Assembly (NCBI GenBank): GCA_963675595.2
Contig: CAXXLZ010000002.1
Coordinates: forward strand, 1,504,001-1,568,000
Length of the DNA stretch: 64,000 nt
From: Thermodesulfobacteriota bacterium
Lineage (GTDB): Bacteria; Desulfobacterota; Desulfarculia; JACQYL01
Direction of reading: 5' to 3'
Under the pieces are notes generated by a model, which did not search any database, was not told the DNA's origin, and saw nothing but the letters and a program-made list of their open reading frames with translations. The translations under genes were made by a program, and so were the position numbers. Below, piece after piece: positions 30,723 to 40,072 of the stretch (position 1 is its first letter; the number at the start of each line of letters is the position of its first letter).

Positions 30723-30986
30723 CTCGATCCTGCAATGGAAACGACGAGATTCGGGAGGTCCGTACCGTGTCGAATGGACCCGGAAGGCCCCAAAATATAA
30801 TTTATTATCTATTTCCGGATAGTTATACATCTAAACGCCCTACATTTGTTTCCGTCCGCAAATACCCGTTCGACACTATTTTATCCTTTCAGCCGGCTCG
30901 TTATGATCGGAAATTGACATCGTGCCCTCGCCTTCGACCTAGTGTCGAACGGATCACGATTTGTTAAACGAACAGGAGGCGTAATC

Positions 30987-31544
30987 ATGAATAGAATCCG
31001 ATTTGGCTCGTTCGTTTGGGCTTTGGCCCTCATCCTACCTACACTTCTGTGCTCCATGGGCCATGCCGGCGATATGCGGGGCGCGGAGGCGACCGGCAAG
31101 GCCATTGCGGTCCTGCATCCCACGGAAGGGAACAAGGCGGCCGGTACGGTAACCTTTGTGTGCAAATCCGACGGGGTTCACGTGACGGCGGACATTCAAG
31201 GGTTGACGCCGGGCAAGCACGGCTTCCATGTTCATGAATACGGCGATTGCAGCGCCGCGGACGGCACCTCCGCCGGCGGGCATTTCAACCCGGAAGGCGA
31301 GCGCCACGGCGCTCCCACGGATAAAGAACGGCATATGGGCGACCTCGGCAACATCACGGCCGGCTCCGACGGCAAAGCTCATTTCGAGTGGACCGATCAG
31401 GTCATCTCCCTGAAAGGCCCTCACTCGATCATCGGCCGTGCGGTCATCGTGCACATGGGCGAAGACGACCTGAAATCCCAGCCCACGGGGAATGCGGGTC
31501 CTCGGGCGGCTTGCGGCGTGATCGGAATCGCCAAGAGCGAATAA
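30987..31544 (+). CDS. sodC: Periplasmic Cu/Zn superoxide dismutase
   Basis: Signal peptide, [30 protein letters not shown]. Confidence 0.96.
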   Translation: MNRIRFGSFVWALALILPTLLCSMGHAGDMRGAEATGKAIAVLHPTEGNKAAGTVTFVCKSDGVHVTADIQGLTPGKHGFHVHEYGDCSAADGTSAGGHFNPEGERHGAPTDKERHMGDLGNITAGSDGKAHFEWTDQVISLKGPHSIIGRAVIVHMGEDDLKSQPTGNAGPRAACGVIGIAKSE

Positions 31545-31673
31545 CTCGACGGTCTTTGGAACCGCAGGCATGCTTTCACCCTATCCAGATAATACGCGTT
31601 TTGTTATTGTCGATCCGGTAAACAGGTCGAACCTGTACCATTAACTTATTCGAGGAGACGGAGGAGGATAACC

Positions 31674-32138
31674 ATGGAAGATGTGAAACGCATTCTCGTT
31701 GTGGCCAAATCGACCAAACATTGCCGGAAGGCCGTGAGCTGCGGCATCACGCTGGCCAAATGCCATGGAGCCGAACTGTTTGTCCTGCATGCCGTTCACA
31801 ATCCGTTCAACCTGAAAGGATGGAATCTGCCCCTCGTATCCCTGCCCTCCCTGGAGGAAGAATACGCGAAGATACTGAAGGACGCCAAGGCGGATATCGA
31901 CGGTTTGATTGCGGATGAAAAGGCAAAGGGGCTGAGCATCAAGGAGTTGATCGTCGAGGGAGAGCCCACGAAAGAGATACTGAGCACCATCGAGCGGGAA
32001 AAGATCGATCTCGTGATTCTGCTCGCCCACGAGGAGGGTCGTATCGAGCACGCTCTCTTCGGTCGCAGCAACGAGGAGATCATCCGGAAACTGCCTTGCT
32101 CGACTCTCCTGGTAAAGCAGGAGCCGGGACCGGCGTAA
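31674..32138 (+). CDS. Universal stress protein
   Basis: KRILV...LFVLH...GEP...FGRS...PCSTLLV pattern. Confidence 0.88.
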   Translation: MEDVKRILVVAKSTKHCRKAVSCGITLAKCHGAELFVLHAVHNPFNLKGWNLPLVSLPSLEEEYAKILKDAKADIDGLIADEKAKGLSIKELIVEGEPTKEILSTIEREKIDLVILLAHEEGRIEHALFGRSNEEIIRKLPCSTLLVKQEPGPA

Positions 32139-32205
32139 GCGGCTTCAGCGAACCGACAGTTGGATGGAACCAAGGCGGGGAGCATCTTTCTCCCTCCAAC
32201 AAGCA

Positions 32206-32349
32206 CATTGACAAAGGCCGATCACTGCAGGCTGCTGAAAAACGATGAAATGCAAGGCGCGAAAATCCCGAGGAATGAGGAGTACATGGAGTGGTCACAG
32301 TGACGAGGGATGAAGCAAAACGCCGCAGATCTCGTTTTTCAACAGCCTG
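32206..32349 (+). repeat. Repeat family A, best-preserved copy, just upstream of the P-type ATPase
   Basis: TIR CAGGCTGCTGAAAAACG / CGTTTTTCAACAGCCTG followed by TTAA. Confidence 0.88.
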
Positions 32350-32381
32350 TTAAACATTCTTTCACCTTATGGGTTGATGTC

Positions 32382-34898
32382 ATGGCAGGCGATCAGGACA
32401 CGCGTTCCAATTCCACCGAAACCAATGTCGACGATCTCTCCACGGATCGTTTGTTTCGTGAGCTTTCTTCCGGCAAAGACGGCCTTTCCGGAGAGCAGGC
32501 ACAAGAACGGCTCGAACAATACGGCCCCAATGCGCTGGAAGAAAAGCGGGTAAACCCGATTCTCAAATTTCTGGGGTACTTCTGGGGTCCCATACCTTGG
32601 ATGATCGAGGCGGCGGCGGTGCTTTCCCTGGTGGTGCGACACTGGACGGATTTCACGATCATCATGGTGATGCTCTGCTTCAACGCCGTGGTGGGTTTCT
32701 GGCAGGAGTATCAGGCGTCGGACGCGCTTGCCGCCCTTAAGAAGGAATTGGCCCTCACGGCACGGGTGCGACGCGACGGAAAATGGACCGACGTTCCCGC
32801 CCGGGACCTCGTGCCGGGGGACGTGATCCGTCTGAGGGCCGGAGACATCATTCCTGCGGATGCCAGGCTATTTGACGGAGAGTACTTGACCACGGACGAA
32901 TCGGCCCTCACCGGCGAGTCTCTGCCCGTGGCCAAACGGGTTGAAGACAAAGTCTACTCCGGTTCGGTGGCCAAACAAGGCGAAATGACCGCTCTGGTCA
33001 CGGGCACGGGTCAGAATACCTTTTTCGGGCGTACGGCCAAACTAGCCGAAAGCGCGGGAGCCGTTTCCCATTTTCAGAAGGCGGTGCTCGGCATCGGGGA
33101 TTACTTGATTTACCTGAGCCTGGGTTTGGCTGCGGTGCTCGTCATTACACAGTTGTTTCGAGGGGATTCTCCCCTGAACGTGCTTCAATTCGTGCTCATC
33201 CTGGTGGTGGCCGCCATTCCGGTGGCCATGCCCGCCGTACTGTCGGTCACCATGGCGATGGGCGCTCTGGCGCTCTCGCGGCGTAAGGCCATTGTATCTC
33301 GCCTGCAATCCATTGAGGAAGTGGCCGGCATCGATGTGCTCTGCTCGGACAAGACGGGTACGTTGACCCAGAATTCCCTGACCTTGGGGGAACCCGTTCC
33401 GTTCGACGCCGACGGGGCGGACGAATTGATCCGTACCGCCGCTCTCGCGTCCAAAGAGGAAAATCGAGACGCCATTGATCATGCGGTGTTTGGAGGCCTG
33501 AAAGACCCTTCCGTCCTCAAATCCTTCACGCAAACCGCTTTCGTGCCTTTCGACCCGGTGAGCAAACGAACCGAAGCCACGGTTACGGAAGGTGAAGATG
33601 AGTTCAAAGTGACCAAAGGCGCACCCCAGGTAATTTTCCAGCTCTGCGATCTGAAAGGCGAAGTGCGGGATAAAGCCTTGAAAACCGTGGACAAGCTCGC
33701 GTCGAAAGGCTTTCGAACATTGGGGGTGGCTCGGTCCGAAAAAGAAGGCGGGAACTGGCGTTTCTTGGGGATCCTGCCGCTGTACGATCCGCCGCGCGAA
33801 GACTCCGCGGAAACCATCAAACGAGCGGAAGAGCACGGCATCCGGGTCAAAATGGTCACCGGCGACAACGTGGCCATCGCCAAGGAAATTTCACAACAAC
33901 TGGGAATGAAGACCAATATCCTGTCCGCGGAAGAAGTTTTCTCCAAAGCCGACGATCCGGACAATTTGAGCGATGCCACCATGACCAAGATTGAAAACGC
34001 CGACGGTTTCGCTCAGGTATTTCCGGAGCATAAGTACGGTATCGTCAAGGTGTTGCAGGATCGAGGCCACCTGGTGGGGATGACCGGAGACGGCGTGAAC
34101 GACGCTCCCGCTCTCAAACAGGCCGAAGTCGGCATCGCCGTCTCCGGGGCGAGCAACGCTTCTCAAGCCGCCGCCTCCCTGGTTCTTGCCGCCCCCGGAT
34201 TGTCGGTCATTATCGAAGCCGTGGAGGAGGCCCGACGGATTTTCGAACGCATGAACAGCTACGCCGTCTACCGCATCACGGAAACCATCCGCATCATGTT
34301 CTTTGTGGTGGCCGCCATGGTGGTGTTCAACTTCTACCCGATCACCACGGTCATGATCATTCTGTTGGCGCTTCTCAACGACCTGCCCATTATGAGCATC
34401 GCCAAGGACAACACCTGGCTTGACCAGGACCCGGTTCGTTGGAACATACGCCGGGTTCTTACGGTGGCGACCGTGCTCGGACTCATCGGGGTCGTGGAGA
34501 CCTTCGGGTTGCTGCTCATCGCAAAAATGTGGCTGACCTTGAGTCTTGGGCAGCTTCAATCCCTGATCTATCTGAAGCTAGCCGTAGCGGGACATCTGAC
34601 CTTGTTTGTCGTTCGTTCGAAGAAACCGTTCTTTCGAAAGCCGTACCCCGCGCCCGTGCTTTTCACCGCCATCGTGGGCACACAGTTGGCCGCCGCCGCC
34701 ATCGTGGGCTTTGGAATCTTCATACCCAAGATTCCCTGGTCGTACATCGGTCTGATCTGGGGGTATTGTCTCGTCTGGGCCCTCATCGAGGACATTGTGA
34801 AGGTGTGCCTCTATGACCATCTGGAGCTGAAGGGAAAGCGACACCAAAATTTTGTCAAGCGCGTCCGGGGTTCGTTGCACCATCCGTTTTCCGTCTAG
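32382..34898 (+). CDS. Plasma-membrane-type proton-efflux P-type ATPase (P3A)
   Basis: TGES, AIPVAMP, CSDKTGTLT, KGAP, TGDGVNDAP, ALLND; FWGPIPWMIE typical of P3A. The upstream 32310 start comes from the repeat. Confidence 0.9.
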   Translation: MAGDQDTRSNSTETNVDDLSTDRLFRELSSGKDGLSGEQAQERLEQYGPNALEEKRVNPILKFLGYFWGPIPWMIEAAAVLSLVVRHWTDFTIIMVMLCFNAVVGFWQEYQASDALAALKKELALTARVRRDGKWTDVPARDLVPGDVIRLRAGDIIPADARLFDGEYLTTDESALTGESLPVAKRVEDKVYSGSVAKQGEMTALVTGTGQNTFFGRTAKLAESAGAVSHFQKAVLGIGDYLIYLSLGLAAVLVITQLFRGDSPLNVLQFVLILVVAAIPVAMPAVLSVTMAMGALALSRRKAIVSRLQSIEEVAGIDVLCSDKTGTLTQNSLTLGEPVPFDADGADELIRTAALASKEENRDAIDHAVFGGLKDPSVLKSFTQTAFVPFDPVSKRTEATVTEGEDEFKVTKGAPQVIFQLCDLKGEVRDKALKTVDKLASKGFRTLGVARSEKEGGNWRFLGILPLYDPPREDSAETIKRAEEHGIRVKMVTGDNVAIAKEISQQLGMKTNILSAEEVFSKADDPDNLSDATMTKIENADGFAQVFPEHKYGIVKVLQDRGHLVGMTGDGVNDAPALKQAEVGIAVSGASNASQAAASLVLAAPGLSVIIEAVEEARRIFERMNSYAVYRITETIRIMFFVVAAMVVFNFYPITTVMIILLALLNDLPIMSIAKDNTWLDQDPVRWNIRRVLTVATVLGLIGVVETFGLLLIAKMWLTLSLGQLQSLIYLKLAVAGHLTLFVVRSKKPFFRKPYPAPVLFTAIVGTQLAAAAIVGFGIFIPKIPWSYIGLIWGYCLVWALIEDIVKVCLYDHLELKGKRHQNFVKRVRGSLHHPFSV

Positions 34899-34926
34899 TC
34901 GAGCGCTTCGAGGAGACTTATTTTCG

Positions 34927-35016
34927 CCTCGGCCCCTCCGTCGAAGGCGGTGAAGCCTGTTTGAGATGTTTTGTCGGGGTGGCACGGGGGGGATTTTTAG
35001 AAGTCCCCCCCGTGAA
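34927..35016 (+). repeat. Repeat family B, copy 3
   Basis: CCTCGGCCCCTCCGTCGAAGGCGGTGAAGCCTG...CACGGGGGGGATTTTTAGAAGTCCCCCCCGTGAA. Confidence 0.75.
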
Positions 35017-35519
35017 TGCCTACGAATAATCCCCTCCTGAATGCCCGTGCTCCATGCATGTCGCCGTGGGTCAGGGAATGCACCGGTTCCACCATACGTC
35101 CCGGCGGGTTCACCCCGACCGGACGCGCCGCCGAGTTCCGCCGGCCGACGCTGAGCCCCGTCCGGAAGCCTTGCCGATCGGCCTGAAACGGCTTGATCGA
35201 ACGTATGCTTGTGGACGAAAGATCCGGATGAGCCAACAGGCTCTTTTCAACGGGCTGCCGACGATAACCCGTCACACGGCATGAAAAGATCGAGATGTCG
35301 GAGATTGATCTCACGGAAAAGATGAGACGAATGCGTCGAAAACGAAACCAATGAAGTCGCAAAAGTAAGACTATAGATATGTAGTTGGTTGCAAAAAGAA
35401 CCTTCCCTGTAATATGCGGCCTCTCCCTCCTTCCTTAACCTTAACTTAACCTATTGATAAATCATCATTTCCCATCGTCTTGCACTGTCATATGCGCATG
35501 GCACGTATCTTGCCCATCC

Positions 35520-35910
35520 ACACTGTATCGTGACGTAGGCGATGAAAGCGGTTTCGACCGTCTGGAAGAACCGGAAATCTCCTGTCGCAGACCCGGACGG
35601 ACCCTTACGCCTGACCGGCAAACGCTGGAAGACGGTGGAAACGAGACCGAAATTCAACGGGGAACACATTAGACGGGCTGCGTTCGAAACGCACGCCTGC
35701 GCCGCCGTTATGGGGTGCGGGCCTTTTGCCGCAGAAAGGTTCATCGGCAAGAGAGCCCCGAGGGACTCCTGGAAATCACGGGAGAGACCAGCCTGGAGAC
35801 CGTGGGGAATTTCCTGAAGGAAGAAGCCCTTTGCGCCTTTCCTGCCGCGGAGAGGCTTCGGGACGCCCTCCACGACTTCATGCCGCATCAAAACACCGGA
35901 ACGGGAGAAA
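35520..35910 (+). pseudogene. Degenerate IscU/NifU-N scaffold paralog
   Basis: Frame-broken pieces DPDGPLRLTG...AAFETHAC...CGPFAAE and EITGETSLE...CAFPAAERLRDALHDFM align with the intact gene at 36529. Confidence 0.7.
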
Positions 35911-35914
35911 TGAT

Positions 35915-36511
35915 ATGTCGAACACCAGGAAGAAAATAGCTGTGAGTGCCGGCGGACCCACACTCGACGATACGATTGAACCACGATTTGGGCGGTGTCC
36001 ATACTTTTTGATCATTGATTCGGACAGCCTGGATTTCGAAGCCGTGGGAAACCCGAACATCACGCTGGGAGGCGGTGCCGGCATTCAGTCGGCCCAGCTC
36101 ATGGCGAACAAAGGGGTTTCGGTCGTTCTGACCGGCAATTGCGGCCCCAACGCCTTCAAAGTCTTCGGAGCTGCGGGAATCCAGCTGATAACAGGTGTGA
36201 GCGGGCAAGTCCGACAGGCGGTTGAGCGTTTCAAGGCGGGAGAGCTTGCACCCACATCGAGCCCCAACGTGGAGAGCCATTTCGGGATGGGCGGGGGCAT
36301 GGGCCGTGGCATGGGCGGAGGCATGGGCCGTGGGATGGGCGGAGGCATGGGCCGTGGGAGATTTTCGGCCGGCGGCGGAATGGCCGATCAGCCCGCCACC
36401 GGCTCTTCATCCCGAGAGGACGAGATTACACGTCTCAGACAACAGGCGGACCAAATGCGGAGGCAAGTTGAGTCCATCGAATCAAAACTCAAGGAAATCG
36501 AGGACAAATAG
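35915..36511 (+). CDS. NifB/NifX (IssA-like) family protein with Gly-rich linker and coiled-coil tail
   Basis: KIAVSA, RFGRCPYF, GAGIQSAQ, TGNCGPNAF; ATG at 35915. Confidence 0.88.
   Translation: MSNTRKKIAVSAGGPTLDDTIEPRFGRCPYFLIIDSDSLDFEAVGNPNITLGGGAGIQSAQLMANKGVSVVLTGNCGPNAFKVFGAAGIQLITGVSGQVRQAVERFKAGELAPTSSPNVESHFGMGGGMGRGMGGGMGRGMGGGMGRGRFSAGGGMADQPATGSSSREDEITRLRQQADQMRRQVESIESKLKEIEDK
36287..36358 (+). repeat. Intragenic 12-nt x6 tandem repeat (MGGG/MGRG)
   Basis: ATGGGCGGRGGC alternating with ATGGGCCGTGGS. Confidence 0.9.
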
Positions 36512-36528
36512 AGAGTGAGGAATGCGGA

Positions 36529-37035
36529 ATGGCCGACGGATTCGATGAATTTGCAAAAACACTACAGCAGCGGATCTATGAAGAGACAAGGGAGGCGTAT
36601 GGGCGCAAGGCTTTCGAAAGATGGCGGAGGCCTCTATACGTCGGAGCGATGCTCAATCCGGAAGGATATGGCCGTGTCAAGGGAACATGCGGCGATACGA
36701 TGGAAATTTTCCTGAGATTTGAGAGTGACAGGGTGAAGGAGGCGACATTTCAGACCGATGGATGCGGGTCCAGCACGGTTTGCGGTTCTTTCGCAGCCGA
36801 GCTTGCCCACGGCGGGACTCCCGACGAGGTTGCCGAGATTACGGGCGAAATGATCCTCGAAGTCCTTGGCGGTCTACCCGAGGAGGAGCGGCACTGCGCC
36901 TTTCTCGCCGCGGAAACGCTTCAGGTCGCCCTTGACGACTATATGAGGAAACAGCGTGAGGCAGCGAATCCCGGCACGAAAGACAACTCAAGAAAAGAGA
37001 CATGCATCGAGCCGATCAGGAACGACCCATCATGA
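36529..37035 (+). CDS. IscU/NifU N-terminal Fe-S scaffold protein
   Basis: CGDTM, DGCG and HCA cysteine motifs. Confidence 0.88.
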   Translation: MADGFDEFAKTLQQRIYEETREAYGRKAFERWRRPLYVGAMLNPEGYGRVKGTCGDTMEIFLRFESDRVKEATFQTDGCGSSTVCGSFAAELAHGGTPDEVAEITGEMILEVLGGLPEEERHCAFLAAETLQVALDDYMRKQREAANPGTKDNSRKETCIEPIRNDPS

Positions 37036-37340
37036 TAAGCACAGCCGACGGTAAAGGAGCGGAGAAAGGCTGCGGCGAAGCGGTCGCCGATACGGCTCCG
37101 TCGGTCAAAGCCACTGTTCGCGCCCGGAATGCGATATAGAGAACCCCACGCCCCAAGTTCACATTGCAGAATGCATTCTTCTTGGGGAAGTAAAATGAAA
37201 TCCGCCGGCACAAGCCGATGCAATGGGTGCTGAAACCGTTGCCGGGCGATACTCGATTCGCCGCGCACTGGATTGATCCTCAGGGTGTGGTGCCGGGAAA
37301 CCCACCGGAACCGGCCATCTGCGAATCGAGGTGTATGCGC
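37032..37340 (+). pseudogene. Possible relic of a MinD-like P-loop ATPase with inserted ferredoxin
   Basis: ATGA coupling to the scaffold gene; MISTADGKG resembles MIISVASGKG, ECDIE/EPHA resembles DCDVEEPNA, then CNGC; many stops and shifts. Confidence 0.4.
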
Positions 37341-37500
37341 TCTCGGAAACCTGGCCGGAGGTGCCGGAGCACGTTGAAAACGGCTTGAAAAAGATACCGG
37401 CCTTGGGCCCCCCGGCGTGCGACGAGCGCGAAGAGGAGCGCTTCCTTGACGATTCAGGCGAGTGAACGAACGCCGGCACCTTATGAGAAGGCTTGTTTTT

Positions 37501-37535
37501 CCCTCGGCCTCTCCGCCGAAGGCGGCGAGGCTTCC
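37501..37535 (+). repeat. Repeat family B, half copy
   Basis: CCCTCGGCCTCTCCGCCGAAGGCGGCGAGGC. Confidence 0.7.
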
Positions 37536-37554
37536 GAATGTTACGGAACGGAGG

Positions 37555-38568
37555 TCATGATCGGTTCCAACGCCCCTTCGTCCGCCGTGTGCGCAGGGAA
37601 TAGACCGCGACACCCATCAGGCTGAGCACAAACAGGAGTTGCCCCCATTGAGACAACGTTGGAACTTCCTGCAGTGACAACAGCGTCCGCGGGCTCAACT
37701 GGATGACGACATTATCGAAGTAGTAACCCTTGCCGCTGTTCCCCGGGACGCCGCTCTGTCCGGAACTGAACACAAGGGTTTGTACCGGCACGCCAAACGG
37801 GTATGAAGTGGGATCTGCGGCCCGGAAGTAGTCTTCCCAAGTGGTACCGAGATGGATCAACTCGCCGTTGAGGTAGATCTTCACCACATCGTTACCGGGA
37901 CCGTCATAGAAATAAACGTCCAAAACCACATTATGCCAAGCCGTATAACTCAATCCGGCGGCAATGGTTATGGGGCCCACGAACCCCCCGGCGGCATCGA
38001 TATCGTAAGTCACCACGTCGATCCCGGTCCCGGAATCGACCAACTGTACATAGCCCATTCGTCCGCCGGCGCCGTTATCAGGACTTACGGAAACGGATAG
38101 ATCCTCTTGAGGGGCTCCGGTGGCGGACCGAAAATCAAAACTTGCAATAAAACGCCTATACTTGGCGGTCGTACTGGATTCGCCCGCAAACAATTCCGGC
38201 CGACCCAACACGGGGTTCGTGCTCGTATCAGCAGGGTAGTTGGGTATCCCCGCGTTTCTCGGCGCAAAGGGCATATCGTTCACACTTCCACTGCCGACCG
38301 CATTGGAGAACCGCCACACGTAGTTGCCGTCGCCGTAAAGGGTTACTTCTTCGTCCACCGTCACACTGGGAGGGGGAATCATTCCGATGCCCCAGCCGCC
38401 CTGTCCCTCCACGCTGACGCCGGTTGTAAACCCGGTAAAATCCGTCTGGCTGAGCAGCACTTTCCCTTCCGCGAAAACGGGCGGACTTGTTGCGACGAGA
38501 ACGACGAAAGCAACGACCAAGCCGAGTAACACGGCCTTGGCTCTGAGGATTCCCGCACCTTCTTTCAT
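37555..38568 (-). CDS. Exported beta-rich protein with IPTL-CTERM sorting signal
   Basis: Signal peptide; C-terminal VPTLSQWG + TM helix + RTRRTK. Confidence 0.85.
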   Translation of the reverse strand: MKEGAGILRAKAVLLGLVVAFVVLVATSPPVFAEGKVLLSQTDFTGFTTGVSVEGQGGWGIGMIPPPSVTVDEEVTLYGDGNYVWRFSNAVGSGSVNDMPFAPRNAGIPNYPADTSTNPVLGRPELFAGESSTTAKYRRFIASFDFRSATGAPQEDLSVSVSPDNGAGGRMGYVQLVDSGTGIDVVTYDIDAAGGFVGPITIAAGLSYTAWHNVVLDVYFYDGPGNDVVKIYLNGELIHLGTTWEDYFRAADPTSYPFGVPVQTLVFSSGQSGVPGNSGKGYYFDNVVIQLSPRTLLSLQEVPTLSQWGQLLFVLSLMGVAVYSLRTRRTKGRWNRS

Positions 38569-38689
38569 GATCGATTCTCCTCCTCTTCTTTGTGAGATTT
38601 GGTCGGCAGACTACAGACGGAAAGGGTCACGATAACCCTATACCCGGATGATGCGACGACTTTCTTAAACGTGAGCATTCAGAGGGATA

Positions 38690-38728
38690 TCCGAGGGAAC
38701 CCTTTTTGAAAAAAGGGGTTCCCTCGGA
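38690..38728. repeat. Repeat family C long palindrome
   Basis: TCCGAGGGAACCC-TTTTTGAAAAAAG-GGGTTCCCTCGGA; similar to 45451. Confidence 0.75.
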
Positions 38729-39136
38729 CTCCTTCAGAAAAACATTTGGCGTTCCAATAGGTTGGACGGAAATTGCTCCTCGTTTCGTGAATCGCGAAGG
38801 GGGGGTCCGGGAGGGGAGGCCATGGGTCCACCGGCAGGGTGTACGGGGGGACGGCGTTCCCTTGAGTCACACTCCGTGAATTGGTGCCTTTAAACAAAGG
38901 CTTCGCATGCTTCTTTCGATGTTCCCGCATTGGCGTGAAAGGTACTTGAAGCCGCTCAAAGCCCTTCTCCGATGCGACCTCAACCTTGTTTGGAGCCCCT
39001 TCCCCATGTTTATCAAAAATATTTCATTGGTCGGGATGCTGCAAGTATTTTTCCAGTGATTCTCGGGGCTGTGTTTTGGACGTCGTTAAGGAGCCATACC
39101 GTGTGGAGGGCGCGCCTATCCGTAGGACGTTTACCA

Positions 39137-40063
39137 TCATTTCACAAAGTTCTTGAAATCGAATACGTCCAAATAATGGCCCGCGTAGGCTCGAACTTCG
39201 CCCTTTTCAGCGTCGCTCAATTCATTGGCGGTATCCAGGTTTGCTTGCGAAGTCGCCTTTCGGATCGTCCCCCATGGGTAAACTTGTTCAAGCTCGGCGC
39301 CGTTCCACGTCGGTGTTTTCAAGGTATCCGACACGTCCAAAGACAGTTTTCGGCAGATTTCTCCCAGTGTTGTCCTCGAATCGCCGACGACATCTTCCAT
39401 CCGAACCATATGAAGCCGCTCAGGGTACAATTCTTTGAACAATAGGGCGTGATATTGGTTGGTCGCCCAAGCCCGCATATAGTCTTGCAGAGACATGGGA
39501 ACCGGGCGTTTCTTGGTGTCGGCATACGCCGACCACGGATTTCGCACAACATGAAGAACATGGGCCTGAGGCAGATCGTTCAGGATTTTGTCGGCGTCGA
39601 CCACCACAATGGGACTGTACCCGACATAAACAGCTTCATCGCCGCTGTGATGATAGTCTTTCCAGGCATCAAAAGTCGCTCTGAAGAACGCGGCGACATT
39701 ATTCGCTCGGGATCGCCCGGACGCTTCGATATAATCTACATAAAAAGCCTTGCGTTCATCATCGGAGAAATCAAAGGATACATGCCGGAATTTACTAACC
39801 CCGGGCGTACGTGCACGGACCTTACATTCTTCATCGATCATGGCATGGTAATCTTGCCGGGGAGTCGCATCCAGGGCAAATTTCGGCCATCGGTACTTCA
39901 CCGGGAACATGGATGCCATCGAATCAACAACCAGATGAGTACCCAGTTGTGATTCAAAAGGGTACACGAATAGTTGAGGGTGACCGTCAAAGAAACGCTG
40001 AACGACATTACCGCCGTTTTCGTACATCGCACTGATCATCAGAAATCGAAAATCATCGTTCAT
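39137..40063 (-). CDS. Sulfotransferase-fold protein with atypical motifs
   Basis: FLMISAMYENGGNVVQRFFDGHP, HVVRNP, RMEDVV..TLGEICRKL; native ATG at 40063, the longer N-terminus in the ORF track is IS sequence. Confidence 0.75.
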   Translation of the reverse strand: MNDDFRFLMISAMYENGGNVVQRFFDGHPQLFVYPFESQLGTHLVVDSMASMFPVKYRWPKFALDATPRQDYHAMIDEECKVRARTPGVSKFRHVSFDFSDDERKAFYVDYIEASGRSRANNVAAFFRATFDAWKDYHHSGDEAVYVGYSPIVVVDADKILNDLPQAHVLHVVRNPWSAYADTKKRPVPMSLQDYMRAWATNQYHALLFKELYPERLHMVRMEDVVGDSRTTLGEICRKLSLDVSDTLKTPTWNGAELEQVYPWGTIRKATSQANLDTANELSDAEKGEVRAYAGHYLDVFDFKNFVK

Positions 40064-40072
40064 AAATTCAAA

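Noticed and set aside
35915-37035. Nitrogen fixation genes
   Set aside because: NifX-like and NifU-N domains are widespread outside nif clusters, and there is no nifHDK in the window
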